64,000 bases of DNA from an uncultured Bacteroidota bacterium (GTDB taxonomy: Bacteria > Bacteroidota > Ignavibacteria > UBA10030 > UBA6906), in assembly GCA_963700635.1 (NCBI GenBank), contig CAVOYH010000003.1, positions 1,312,001-1,376,000 on the forward strand, written 5' to 3'. A program made the translations under genes and the position numbers. Below are positions 38,360 through 49,316 of this stretch, piece by piece; the first letter of the stretch is position 1, and the number at the start of each line of letters is the position of its first letter. The notes beneath the pieces are model-generated. The model did not search any database. It was not told the DNA's origin and was given only the letters and a program-made list of their open reading frames with translations.

Positions 38360-40774
38360 TCAGGTTTCTTCGATCATACTAACTTCTTTCCATCTGCCAT
38401 CTGTTTCAATCCTCAGAGTCTTAATTTCAAATGGCGAGCAATCTATGCCGATCTGGAGGGCGGGTTGCCGGAGAGCCAGCAGCCCCCGGACGTTGGCGCC
38501 TGTTGTTTCATGAATACGGACGATCAGCGCCCGCCCATCCCACGATTGTTTACATGCCAGCAGTCGGAGGGAGGGAGGCGAAAGACTCAGAAGCTCCTGA
38601 TGGGCGGGAGTCCCGGCGCCGGCGGGGTAGTGAGCGAGTGCGAACGGGGGTGTGATGAGCCAGTCAGCCATCGCCGACAATTGGGGCAGAAGATCCTCCT
38701 GCACCCCAGCCGCCACAAGGAGCCGTACCTCATGAACGCCCAGGTCCATGACCTTTGTTTGCCGCCCTTTGCCGGGAGCATAGGTATGTTCGTAACAGTA
38801 CGGGACGCTCCGCAGGACCGACAGTCGGACCTCACCGTCCCTGCAATCGAAACCGTGTTGCCCGTTGTTCACAATGGCAAGGGCTGCGGGTTTGTTCTCC
38901 ACGTCTCCGGTGAGAATCATCCAGCGGCCATGGGAATGTTCTTCGCCGTCCGCCGGTCTGTGTATGGCGCCGCCCGGGACTTCGCAGAACACCGATGATG
39001 CGTTGATGCAGGTGGGAAGCGCGAGTTTCAGCCGCATACGTTCCTCGTTCCAGAGAATACGGAACCGGAACTCCAGGAATGGGGTCGTCGTATAGCTGAT
39101 CGTCCGTGTTGTGATCCTGCTTTTTCCATACTCAAAGACGGCCTCCTGGATCGTCCTCACCCGGCCGGACTCAATTGTGGTAAGAGATCCGCTCACAGGA
39201 GAAAACTCTCCCATCACGTCATGGTAGTTCCATCGTTCCATTCCCCAGGAATCCGCATCATCATGAACTACAAGAGCCCGGAAGAGTTCTCCGGCGAGAA
39301 GCTCCCGGCCATCTCCGGTTTGGATCGAGCGAACCCGGCCTGTTACAGGGTGAATGCTGTGATGGACAGCCGGCTTCCCCGGGAGTTGTGTGCGGGGTCC
39401 CTCGTGCATTTCCACACGGAGGTGCGTTGCGCCGACGTGCGGCAGACTGGTGCTGAAGCAGAGCTTGCGGCGCCATTGATCGGCGATCAACAGCATCTCG
39501 GCTGTCTCTTCCTGCGCCGGAACCTCAACGCCGTCGAGCGTGAATAATCGAGCGTGCCACGCTCCTTCAAGTTTTGGGAGGTGATCGATCATATATTCCA
39601 CCTCGACCGGCAGCGTGGAGCCTCCAGGATTCACATTCAGGATGGTCAGAGGGATGTTGATCGGCTGTGCCGGTCCCCGGGTAAATCCGGACACTGCACC
39701 GAGCCGCAGACGGCGAAGCGTTTCGGAGGAGCGGCCGTAGAGATCAAGCGCGTCGAGTTCGGCAGGTTCGATGGACGATCCCGGAAGGATGTCGTGGAAA
39801 TCGTTAAAGAGATGGTCACGCCATGCGTCCCGGAGTTGCCATTCCGGATACTCCTGCCCGCATAACCACCAACTCGCTGTACGAGCGCCCTCCGTTTGCA
39901 GGACCTCTCCCAGATTCCGCTGCATTCTCCGTTTGAGACGGGCCATCGATGTATAGCAGCCGGTGAAGACTCTCTGGAGGTCACCGCGGACAAGCGGTGC
40001 AGAAGGGATACAGTGTTTGATTGCCTGGTAGTAGCGCTCGGGAGAGCTGTGGATGATCTCCACGCGGGTTTCCCGGCGCATCAGGTCGCGGATCTGTTCG
40101 AGATCCGCCTTTGTCGCACCTCCGCCGTGGTCCCCCAGTCCCCAGAATACAGGGGTATCACGTTTGAGTCGTAACGCAATGTCCATTGCCTGGTTAATCC
40201 GGTCCACAGCCGTACCGGGAAACGTATTGTATGCCGGGAACGGAATACGGTAGCCGGCGATTTCGGTTCCGTCCGTGCCCTGCCAGCGGTAGAGATCGGA
40301 GGGTATATCAAGGTTTTTTTGTTCCGGGCGCATATGGACGTACATGGAGTAACCGGCCCGCGCCAGCAACTGGGGGAGCCCACCGCTGTGGCCGAAGGAA
40401 TCAAAATTGTACGCCACGCGGGGAGCTGCATCAAAAAATTCCCGAAAATAGCGTCGTCCTTCAGCGATGTGTCTGATCAACGCTTCAGTGCCGGGCATAT
40501 TGACGTCCGGTTGCAGATCCCAGCCCCCGCTGATGCACCACCGTCCTTCCTGTACAAGCTTCTGAATCTCCGCAAACAGCGGAGGATCAAGATCCTGCAC
40601 CCACCGGTACAGAATGGATTCGTTGTGGTTGAACAGGAATTCCGGAAATTCACGGAGCAACCGTGCGGCGATCCCGAACGTATTCACCGCTTCGGCGGCG
40701 CCTTCTTCCCATCGCCACTGCCAGACAGGATCAAGATGAGCGTTGCAGATCAGGTGCAGAACCGGCTTTGTCAT
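38360..40774 (-). CDS. GH38 alpha-mannosidase family glycoside hydrolase
   Basis: LICNAHLDPVWQW, NFDSFGHS nucleophile motif, GDHGGG and FHDILPGSS. Confidence 0.93.
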   Translation of the reverse strand: MTKPVLHLICNAHLDPVWQWRWEEGAAEAVNTFGIAARLLREFPEFLFNHNESILYRWVQDLDPPLFAEIQKLVQEGRWCISGGWDLQPDVNMPGTEALIRHIAEGRRYFREFFDAAPRVAYNFDSFGHSGGLPQLLARAGYSMYVHMRPEQKNLDIPSDLYRWQGTDGTEIAGYRIPFPAYNTFPGTAVDRINQAMDIALRLKRDTPVFWGLGDHGGGATKADLEQIRDLMRRETRVEIIHSSPERYYQAIKHCIPSAPLVRGDLQRVFTGCYTSMARLKRRMQRNLGEVLQTEGARTASWWLCGQEYPEWQLRDAWRDHLFNDFHDILPGSSIEPAELDALDLYGRSSETLRRLRLGAVSGFTRGPAQPINIPLTILNVNPGGSTLPVEVEYMIDHLPKLEGAWHARLFTLDGVEVPAQEETAEMLLIADQWRRKLCFSTSLPHVGATHLRVEMHEGPRTQLPGKPAVHHSIHPVTGRVRSIQTGDGRELLAGELFRALVVHDDADSWGMERWNYHDVMGEFSPVSGSLTTIESGRVRTIQEAVFEYGKSRITTRTISYTTTPFLEFRFRILWNEERMRLKLALPTCINASSVFCEVPGGAIHRPADGEEHSHGRWMILTGDVENKPAALAIVNNGQHGFDCRDGEVRLSVLRSVPYCYEHTYAPGKGRQTKVMDLGVHEVRLLVAAGVQEDLLPQLSAMADWLITPPFALAHYPAGAGTPAHQELLSLSPPSLRLLACKQSWDGRALIVRIHETTGANVRGLLALRQPALQIGIDCSPFEIKTLRIETDGRWKEVSMIEET

Positions 40775-40815
40775 GGTGTTTTTGCTGCTCCCGCTTTGTC
40801 GTTTGAGAACATGGC

Positions 40816-42576
40816 TTATACCTCGGTTGGCGAAGGAAGGTGTTTGTACCAGGTGAAGTAGAGGACCACGGCTGTGAGGAGGGCGAATCCGAACCATACG
40901 CCGGCGTGTGTCCATTCTCTCAGGAAGATGTAGAACGGAGCGATACCAAGGCACAGTTGAAAGAAGGCCGCAACAAAAGCATTGATCACGTCCATCCTTG
41001 GCATATGGTCGTTCCGTGGAACCAGGCCCCGGCGAACCGCCTCTTCCCGGACCGGTTTCCAGAATCCAAACGGGCGTACGTTCGTATAGAACCTGACCAG
41101 CGTGTCCATGTCTGCGGGCCGGGTCAGGAACGTGATCACAACGCACAGGATGATTGACGAGCTCATCAGAAACACAATGGCCCAGTGTAACGGGAGCGCA
41201 TTCAGGAAGATTTTATGGACAAGAACCACGCAGGTTGAGGCAGCCATGCTCCAGATGAATGCGCGTGCGCCGAACCTCCACCAGTGCCAGCGTAATGTCC
41301 CGGGCACAAGGATCATGGTGAGCATAATATAGAGGAGCATCTCCCACGCCGATACAATGCTCTCGTACATAAAACTCATCGCAAATCCCAGGATGATGGC
41401 CACGCTGGAGACGATCATGCCCAGGCGGACAAGCGAGGATTCGGACATGTTGCGGGCCACCGAACGTTTTAGCAGATCGTTGAGGACAACATTACTCGTG
41501 ACATTGATGATAGCACTCAGCGTTGACATCAGCGCGGCAAGGAGTATCGCCATCATGAGTCCGGCGACGCCGCTGGGCAGGTTCTTGATAACCAGCGGCA
41601 TGATCTTCTCCGCGTCAAAGGTGGTATCCGTGCCAAGGTAATACACTCCAAAACAGAGGAACGAACCGGCAATAAACCAGCGGACGGTGTGGCCCAGCGT
41701 CCACATGCCGGCGGAGAGGGAGGCCTCTCTGGCACTTTTGGCCGTCAGGAAGAAGGCGAAGTCCCACCCGAGCGGACCCATAAGCAACTTCAAGACAAGC
41801 CAGAGAACACTGGCTGCGATCAGGGGTCCGAACGCAAAATACTGATGGTAATTTGCGGGAACGGTGGTTAGAAACTCAGGCCACAGGTGCCATGACAGCG
41901 CGAGCGAATCCCATCCCGGAGTCCTGGCTGCAAGCGTGGAAAGTCCATCGGGAAGCTGGAGGGCGGCGAAGGAGAGCCCGGCAGCACCGATTACGATCAA
42001 CACAGTCTGAAAAATGTCTGTCCAGATAACCCCGAAAAATCCGCCGAGCGTCACATAAATGCCCACCACGACAAACACGATCAGCGTTGACGCCCATCGC
42101 GGGAGAGGGACAAACTCCTCGGCAAATTTTCCGGTGCCCACCGCGACGTAAATCAGAGTCAGGATCATGGAGAGCAGGACGAAGGCCGCAACGATCGTGC
42201 GCAGATACTCCGTTTCACGGTTTTTTCCGAACCGGGTCTCCATCCACTCGGCGGGGGTCATCACACCCGATCGCCTGATATATTTTGCCTGGAAGGCCAT
42301 GAACATCGCCATCCCGAAAAATCCCCAGGCGAAATGGATAACCCAGACGGATTTGATCCCGAGATAAAACATCAGGCCGATGATGAGCATGGTCCCGCCG
42401 ATATCCACATAGCTGGAACATCCCGAAAGCCCGATCATCCACCACGTGGCCTTACGATCGGCCAGGTAGTATGAGTCGAGTTTCTTTGTGGCACGCCGCT
42501 GAAACGCAACACCGATGGACATCGTTGCGAGGAGATACACGATGACAATAAAAAGATCGATGGGTTGAACCTGCAT
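40816..42576 (-). CDS. Sodium:solute symporter (SSS family)
   Basis: YYLADR, GGFFGVIWTDIFQ, GLMMAILLAALMSTLS and multiple TM helices; AGAGGAG RBS. Confidence 0.92.
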   Translation of the reverse strand: MQVQPIDLFIVIVYLLATMSIGVAFQRRATKKLDSYYLADRKATWWMIGLSGCSSYVDIGGTMLIIGLMFYLGIKSVWVIHFAWGFFGMAMFMAFQAKYIRRSGVMTPAEWMETRFGKNRETEYLRTIVAAFVLLSMILTLIYVAVGTGKFAEEFVPLPRWASTLIVFVVVGIYVTLGGFFGVIWTDIFQTVLIVIGAAGLSFAALQLPDGLSTLAARTPGWDSLALSWHLWPEFLTTVPANYHQYFAFGPLIAASVLWLVLKLLMGPLGWDFAFFLTAKSAREASLSAGMWTLGHTVRWFIAGSFLCFGVYYLGTDTTFDAEKIMPLVIKNLPSGVAGLMMAILLAALMSTLSAIINVTSNVVLNDLLKRSVARNMSESSLVRLGMIVSSVAIILGFAMSFMYESIVSAWEMLLYIMLTMILVPGTLRWHWWRFGARAFIWSMAASTCVVLVHKIFLNALPLHWAIVFLMSSSIILCVVITFLTRPADMDTLVRFYTNVRPFGFWKPVREEAVRRGLVPRNDHMPRMDVINAFVAAFFQLCLGIAPFYIFLREWTHAGVWFGFALLTAVVLYFTWYKHLPSPTEV

Positions 42577-42734
42577 TACGGATGTCTCCTCTGCGGAGTA
42601 TCGGCAACATGCGTTGATGGATTGAAGAAGAGCGGGTGAAAAGGTAGGGCGAAATATCAAAAGAAATATCATGAAATGAAAGACGCCCGGGCCCGTTTCC
42701 CCGAAGAGCCCGGGAATACCATAGGTACGATACA

Positions 42735-42763
42735 TTGACTTTTTGCACGTACCGAAGTACTTT
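42735..42763 (+). promoter_or_regulatory. Sigma70-type promoter for the AmmeMemoRadiSam operon
   Basis: TTGACT-17 nt-TACTTT, 30 nt upstream of the start, with a GGAGG RBS. Confidence 0.5.
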
Positions 42764-42793
42764 GAGTGAGAGTAATCTTCCGGGAGGCCTGCC

Positions 42794-44293
42794 ATGCCGA
42801 CACCATGCACCCGCCTGCTCCTTCTCATCCCTTTCCTCCTGGCACTATGCAGACCGGTCGTCACCGCGACAGACCGGGCACCCGCCTGTGCCGGGCAGTT
42901 CTATCCGGCATCGCCGGCCGAGTTACGAGCAACTCTCACAGAGCTGTTTCGTCATGCGGCACGGGAACAGGAAAAAGGGGACATAGAGGCCCTTATCCTC
43001 CCTCATGCCGGCTACATCTTTTCCGGCGGGGTGGCTGCCGCAGGGGTTGCGCAGGTGAATCCCCGGCAACAGATTGACAACATCTTTCTGATCGGGGTAA
43101 GCCACCATGCGGCATACAGTGGCGCCGCGGTGTATGCTGCGGGCGATTTTCTCACGCCGCTCGGCCGCGTCCCCGTCAATATGAACATTGCCCGGACACT
43201 TCTGAACCAGCGTGACCTGTTTCTCGAGAACGATCGGGCCCACGCGGTTGATCACTCGCTCGAAGTCCAGCTCCCCCTTCTCCAGTTCCACCTGCAGAAG
43301 CCGTTCAGAATCGTGCCCATCCTGCTGGGCACGTCGGACCTGGCACTGTGTACCCGTATCGCACAGGTGCTCAAACCATATTGTACCGCCGGAAATCTTT
43401 TTGTTATCAGCACCGACCTGTCGCATTATCCCTCCTACCGGGAGGCTGTGACAACCGACCGGAGAACGATTAAAGCTGTCCTGTCGGGCTCCACCCGAGA
43501 ACTGCTCCGGACAATAGAGCAAAACGAACGGGCGGGGATCAGCCATCTGGCGACTTCCATGTGTGGATTGGGCGGAGTGCTCCTGCTTCAGGAAATAGTC
43601 GGGACGGACAACGGCGGACGGTTTTCTCTGGTGCAATACAGAAACTCCGGTGATGCGGCTGTGGGCGAAAAAAGCCGTGTTGTCGGGTATGCCTCGATCG
43701 TCGTGACACGGCCGGAGAGTGAATCGTTTCTTCTCTCACCCGACGATAAGCGCCAGCTCCTGGTCATTGCACGATCCACTCTGGCCGAATATCTGCAACA
43801 TCGTCGGCTGCCGGACCTGTCCGGCGACCGGCTTTCTGCGCCTCTTCGCACCCCCTGTGGAGCTTTTGTTACCCTCAGGAAACAAGGCGAACTTCGGGGA
43901 TGTGTCGGAAATTTCTCCGGCATGGAAGAATTGGCCCGCACAGTCCAGAAGCTGGCGGTCGCCGCAGCGACCGAGGATCATCGTTTTACTCCCGTGACTG
44001 CCGGTGAACTCAAAAGTCTCTCTATCGAAATCTCAGCGCTTTCGCCGATGCGAAGGGTCGTCTCACCGAAGGAGATAACGCTGGGCAAGCACGGTATCTA
44101 TATCAGGAAGGGCGATCGGACCGGAACATTTCTGCCTCAGGTAGCACTGGAAACCGGATGGTCTCTGGATGAATTTCTTGGCCATTGTGCACGGGACAAA
44201 GCCGGGATCGGATGGGATGGGTGGAAAGATGCAGAACTGTTTGTGTACGAGGCAATTGTCTTCGGTGAGCCCGACCATGCCGGACAACGCTAA
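42794..44293 (+). CDS. amrB: AmmeMemoRadiSam protein B-A fusion (Memo + AMMECR1) with N-terminal signal peptide
   Basis: RAPACAGQFYP, PHAGYIFSG, HSLEVQLP and STDLSHY (Memo); GAFVTL...LRGCVG and GTFLPQVA (AMMECR1). Confidence 0.92.
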   Translation: MPTPCTRLLLLIPFLLALCRPVVTATDRAPACAGQFYPASPAELRATLTELFRHAAREQEKGDIEALILPHAGYIFSGGVAAAGVAQVNPRQQIDNIFLIGVSHHAAYSGAAVYAAGDFLTPLGRVPVNMNIARTLLNQRDLFLENDRAHAVDHSLEVQLPLLQFHLQKPFRIVPILLGTSDLALCTRIAQVLKPYCTAGNLFVISTDLSHYPSYREAVTTDRRTIKAVLSGSTRELLRTIEQNERAGISHLATSMCGLGGVLLLQEIVGTDNGGRFSLVQYRNSGDAAVGEKSRVVGYASIVVTRPESESFLLSPDDKRQLLVIARSTLAEYLQHRRLPDLSGDRLSAPLRTPCGAFVTLRKQGELRGCVGNFSGMEELARTVQKLAVAAATEDHRFTPVTAGELKSLSIEISALSPMRRVVSPKEITLGKHGIYIRKGDRTGTFLPQVALETGWSLDEFLGHCARDKAGIGWDGWKDAELFVYEAIVFGEPDHAGQR

Positions 44294-46411
44294 CGGGTGG
44301 CGCATCACCACCGTTCTGGCAGGAGCCATTACCGCTGGAACACAGATTGTGTTGCTGCGCGAAGTGTTGTCGGCTTTTCTGGGGAACGAGCTTGTTTTCG
44401 GAATCCTCCTGTTTGACTGGCTGGCGCTCACGGGGTTGGGCGCGGTGCTTGCCCGGCGCTGGACACCACGTCTGCGTCCCTCCGTAGTCCCTTCTATAGT
44501 ATTAGGGGCCCTTCTTCTCCTGCCTCCCCTCACGTTTCTCGGCTTCCGCATCCTTCCGCTTGTCGTCGCTCCTCCCGGAAGTATGCTCGAGATCTGGATC
44601 TTCCTCGTCGGCGCGATTCTCGTTCTGAGTCCCGTGTGTCTGATTTCGGGAGCGGTGTTTTCCATGCTGGTGGGTGCCTCCGTATCCGGCGGGACAGCGA
44701 ACCCGGCCGGCAACGTGTATGCCCTGGAAGCGGCCGGGAGTCTTGGCGGGGGAGTCTTGTTCGGGATTTTCCTGTTTGATCTGATTGTTTCCCAGGACCT
44801 TCTCGTGCTGCTCTGCGCGGGAGCCGGAACTGCAGGAGCTGTGCTCGCATATCAGTCAGGAGTCCGCCGCGCTGCGGCATTACTTACGGTGGGTGTCCTC
44901 TTGCTGGTTTACGCACGGATTTCGTTCGACGTGGATACGCTGACTTTTGCGCTCCGATATCCCGGGCAGTGATTCTCGCTCATAAGGAAACCCCTTTCGG
45001 TGTCCTGACCGTTACCCGGCTCGGCGAGCAAACGACGGTGTATGCAAACAATGTTCCCCTGTTCGTCAGCGGTGACATTGCGGGAACCGAAGAGATCGTC
45101 CACTTCGCGCTGGTGCAGCGTTATCACTCCCCGGCCGTACTGATTGCCGGGGGCAATCCGTCAGATCTTGTTCCTGAAGTTCTCCGGTACGCCGGCAGCA
45201 CGGTTGATTGTATCGAGGAGAACCCCTGGCTCAGGCAGGTGGAGGAGAGGTATCTTCTGCTTCCGCACCAACCGCGTGTCCGGTACGTACTCGGGGATCT
45301 CCGGCGTCATCTCCTTAGTACACCGGAGCAGTACGATGTGATTATCGTGGTCGCCCCCGAGCCCTCGACACTTCAGCTAAACCGGCTGTATACCCGCGAA
45401 TCGATTCAGCTCGCGTACCGCGCTCTCAAACGTTCCGGGGTGCTCTGTCTGGCGCTTCCGTCTTCTGCCGAGTATGCCGGCGGTGACGCACGGAGCGTCC
45501 GTGCGATCCTGCGGAATACGCTTTTGGAATCGTTTGGTCAGGTCCGGATTCTTCCCGCAGGCCGTGACGTGTTTCTGGCTTCTGATTCCACACTCCGGAT
45601 GGATATTGGGGCTGCAATCGGGGAGACCGGTGTGCAGACATCGTATGTTAATGCCTACTACATTCAGGATGATCTGCTTGCGGCCCGGGCTCAGCGCCTG
45701 AGTGCGTCGATCAATGGAAGCAGTGGGATAAATACGGACGCCCATCCTGTTCTGATGCTCGCGCAGATGCAATACTGGCTTCGCCTGTTTAATGTCGAAC
45801 TCTGGATCCCGGTTCTGATCGGTCTCGTTGGTGTTGTCTTCCTGTTCATTCACACCGACCGCCTATCCCTGGGCGTGGTCACTGCCGGTTGCGGCGGAAT
45901 TACCCTGGAGCTGACAGTCTTGATGATCGTGCAGGTTGGCTTTGGCAATGTCTACAAAGTGAGTGGTGGACTCATTGGTCTGTACATGGCAGGCATGAGT
46001 GTCGGTGCGTTTGCTGCCGGACGTTTGAAGCGTGGATCACGGTGGTATACAACGATGCAGTGTGGGCTCGCGCTTACGCTCGTCGGCACCGCGCTGCTGC
46101 AACCCGGGGTATCGGCGGGTTCCTTTTCCGCCGTCGTCGGACTGATGACCTGCCTCTTCCTGGGATCACTGAGTGCAGGCGCCGTGTTTGCGCTTACTTC
46201 CCGGTTGGGGTTGGAAAACCCTGTGACTTCCGGGTCGCGGCTCTATGGCGTGGATCTGCTGGGATCGGCGATGGCGGCATTCTTCGTCGGTCCCTTCTTA
46301 CTCCCATTGTTCGGTGTGTTCGCGGTTGCCGGTTCTGCCGCAGCAGTGGTGCTCTTTGGAGCTTATGTCTCACTCTCGTCTCCGGCGTGGAGGATGTATG
46401 AAAAAGCGTAA
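44277..46411 (+). CDS. Membrane-fused spermidine-synthase-like SAM-dependent transferase, split by a frameshift near 44968
   Basis: TM block (QIVLLRE...GNEL; YALEAAGSLGGG), then ETPFG, YDVII, NRLYTRE and INTDAHP, then a second TM block (LYGVDLLGS). Annotated as two ORFs, 44277-44972 and 44969-46411. Confidence 0.75.
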
Positions 46412-47546
46412 ATTTCTACAATGCTGCGCGCTTGGTGCGGTAGGTGCCTTTGCTCATCTTCCGATTCCACGGCGTTTGCAAGCAGAGTTCACCGATTGGA
46501 CCAAAGGAGAGCCGGCTGACGACACACTCTGGAAATGGAGCAAGGAAGCGCTCTTTGTAGAACCGGCCGGCGACGGCGTACACTGTCTGAAGTGTCCGAA
46601 CAGTTGTGTTATCCCAGCCGGGGGAACCGGAACCTGTCGCAACCGCGTGAACGTTCGCGGGAAGCTGTACTCCATTGCATACGGCAATCCGTGTGCCGTT
46701 CATGTTGATCCAATCGAAAAAAAACCACTCCTCCATTTTCTGCCCGGAACCCGGGCATTTTCCATCGCTGCGGCAGGCTGTAACCTGGCATGCCTGAACT
46801 GCCAGAACTGGGAAATCTCGCAGGTGAGTCCGAAGGAAACCCGCAATCATGATCTGATGCCGCGCGCGGTTGTGGATGAATGCCGGCAGTCAGGTTGCGC
46901 ATCCATTGCCTACACCTATTCAGAACCAACAACATTTTATGAATATGCCTTTGATACTGCTGAAATCGCGCGTCGTGAGGGGATCCGGAATGTCTGGAAG
47001 TCGAACGGTTACATCGAAGAACTTCCGTTGCGCACGCTCGGTCGTGTGATGGATGCGGCAAACATCGATTTGAAAAGTTTTGACGATACTCTCTATGCCC
47101 GTCTGAATGCGGGCACACTTGCTCCGGTATTACGAACGCTCCGGGTGTTCCGTGAAATGCGTGTCTGGTTGGAGATCACGAATCTGGTGATCCCCGGGTG
47201 GACCGACGATGTGAGCATGATACGCCGCATGTGCGCCTGGTTGTGCAGCAACGGCCTTGCCGACGCCCCCCTTCATTTTAGCCGTTTTGTCCCTATCTAT
47301 AAATTGAACCAGCTGCCGCCAACGCCGGTAAAACGGCTGGAAGAAGCCCATGCCGCAGCCGTCAGCGAAGGGATGCAGTATGTGTACATTGGGAACGTCC
47401 CCGGCCATCCGGCCGAACATACGTATTGTCATCACTGCAAGAAGATAGTTTTCAAGCGGCGCGGCTACTCTATACTTTCCAGCAACCTCAAGAAAGGGAA
47501 ATGTGGGTTCTGCGGCACCGGGATTCCGGGCGTCTGGCAGATGTAA
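46398..47546 (+). CDS. amrS: AmmeMemoRadiSam radical SAM enzyme with Tat-like signal
   Basis: CLKCPNSC, DPIEKKPLLHF, GCNLACLNCQNWEISQ (CxxxCxxC), YTYSEP and a C-terminal Cys cluster; N-terminus MKKRKFLQ. Confidence 0.93.
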   Translation: MKKRKFLQCCALGAVGAFAHLPIPRRLQAEFTDWTKGEPADDTLWKWSKEALFVEPAGDGVHCLKCPNSCVIPAGGTGTCRNRVNVRGKLYSIAYGNPCAVHVDPIEKKPLLHFLPGTRAFSIAAAGCNLACLNCQNWEISQVSPKETRNHDLMPRAVVDECRQSGCASIAYTYSEPTTFYEYAFDTAEIARREGIRNVWKSNGYIEELPLRTLGRVMDAANIDLKSFDDTLYARLNAGTLAPVLRTLRVFREMRVWLEITNLVIPGWTDDVSMIRRMCAWLCSNGLADAPLHFSRFVPIYKLNQLPPTPVKRLEEAHAAAVSEGMQYVYIGNVPGHPAEHTYCHHCKKIVFKRRGYSILSSNLKKGKCGFCGTGIPGVWQM

Positions 47547-47697
47547 TTTTCCTCCGAAGGAACGATTACGGCATTTCAAGGGTTTACTGTAAGATACGAC
47601 GGATAGCTCCGTTCTTTGAATATGTTGTCCTTTCCGGGAGAGCACCACCGGCTCTTGGGCGCAAACTGCCATGTACCAACAAACCGATCCAGGGCGT

Positions 47698-49267
47698 ATG
47701 TCGTTTATTCGAACAATGTTGTGCCTGCCGGCCATGCTTCTCGGCTGCGTCATGAACAGTCCAGCTCAACTCCAGCCCTCCGATCCGGACAGTCTTCTCC
47801 TCAGCATTTTGAATCAGCGTGCGGGAACACCGCTTACGCTGGACCATGCCATCCGGCACACCCTGCAAACGTCTCCTTCCATCCTTGCCGCCGCGGCCGC
47901 AGTTGAGGGTGCGCGTGGTGTAGTGCGCCGGGAGGGTGGTACGTTTGATCCGGAACTCTCCCTTGCGTGGCACTATAGCGACCAGAAACAACCAACCGCA
48001 TCATTTTTTGCAGGCGCATCTCTCCTCCGTACCCTTTCGGCCGCCGGAAGTGCCGGCTTGAAGTGGAGTCTCCCCACGGGGACGACGGTCGAAGCCACGC
48101 TGGATGCCCTTCGTCTGAACACGAATTCTTCCTTTGCATTTCTCACTCCGCAGTACACCACCGCCGGAACGCTCACTCTGCGGCAGCCGCTGCTGCGGGG
48201 ATTTACCATCTCCGCACGGAAGGGGCTTACGAATGCGGAACAGCAGATGGAGGCCGCGGAGGCGCGTCTGAAGCAGGAGAGTCTTACGCTCGGCACCCTT
48301 ATGGAACATTTGTACTGGGACCTCTATGCCGGAGAGCGGGACTACGCAGTACAAAAACTCACGCTCGATCGCGCCGCAGCATTCCTGAGAGAAACCGAAC
48401 TCAGGGCACAAACGGGGCTGATCGGTCCAAGTCAGGTAGCAAATGCCCGGACGTTTCTTGCCGAGCAAAAGATTCTGCTGCTCGAACGGGAAGAACAAGT
48501 TGATCGGCTCTCAGATCATGTTGCTGCGGTACTTGGTGTCAGGCCGGATCAGGCACGTTTTAAAACCATGGACCAACCGCGGGATACATTCTCTGCGGGA
48601 GAACCCGATGCGCTCGTACAGGCAGCGCTGAACGGGAATCTGGGACTGCGTGCGGTGAAGGCCGAGATTGAAGCACGGCGGACATTTTCGCGTGCTGCCG
48701 GGTGGGAAGCTCTGCCAAGCGTTGATCTTATCGGGTCCCTCGGTGGAACCGGGCTTGCCGGGACCGGACGGGATGTGATTTTCGGCGCGGATACGTTGCG
48801 GACACCGGTCGGAGGCGGGTTGGGCGATGCCTTACGTCAGGCAGTCAACCGCGACTTCCCCAACTGGCACGTCGGTCTTGAAGTGCAGGTGCCGATCGGT
48901 TTCAGGAGCGGACTGGGTGAACAGGATCGCCTGGAGGCCGAAGTCATCATTGCGGAACAACGGTACGAACAGGAAGGCCGGATTCTGGAGGCGGAGGTCC
49001 GGTCGAGCTACAGGGAATTGTCAAATGGACAGAGACGGCTGAATGCGGCGCGTGAGGGGGTCACAGCGGCACAGGAGCAGATACGCATTGGCCTTATCGA
49101 ATTTCAGAACGGCCGGTCTACCGCGTTCGAGCTGGTGCGTCTGGGCGCCGACTTTGCGATTGCACAGCAACGGTACTCACAGGCACTGGTGCGCGGGAGC
49201 GAAGACCGCCGCTACATTACGCCAGCTCACTTCAGGTGCGTATGATCCCACCCCGGCACAACAGTAA
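47698..49267 (+). CDS. TolC-family outer-membrane efflux protein (frameshift near the 3' end, about 49196)
   Basis: LRQPLLRGF, LPSVDL and FQNGRST OEP repeats; the expected C-terminus AKTAATLRQLTSG lies in the +1 frame. Confidence 0.85.
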
Positions 49268-49316
49268 AGGCCGTGGATGTGATCGTTTTTTTAGTTCAGA
49301 AAGAAGGAATCATCGG

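Noticed and set aside
42685-42715. CCCGGGC...GCCCGGG inverted repeat between divergent genes
   Set aside because: Short GC-only stem with a long loop, lying between gene starts rather than after a stop; likely chance.
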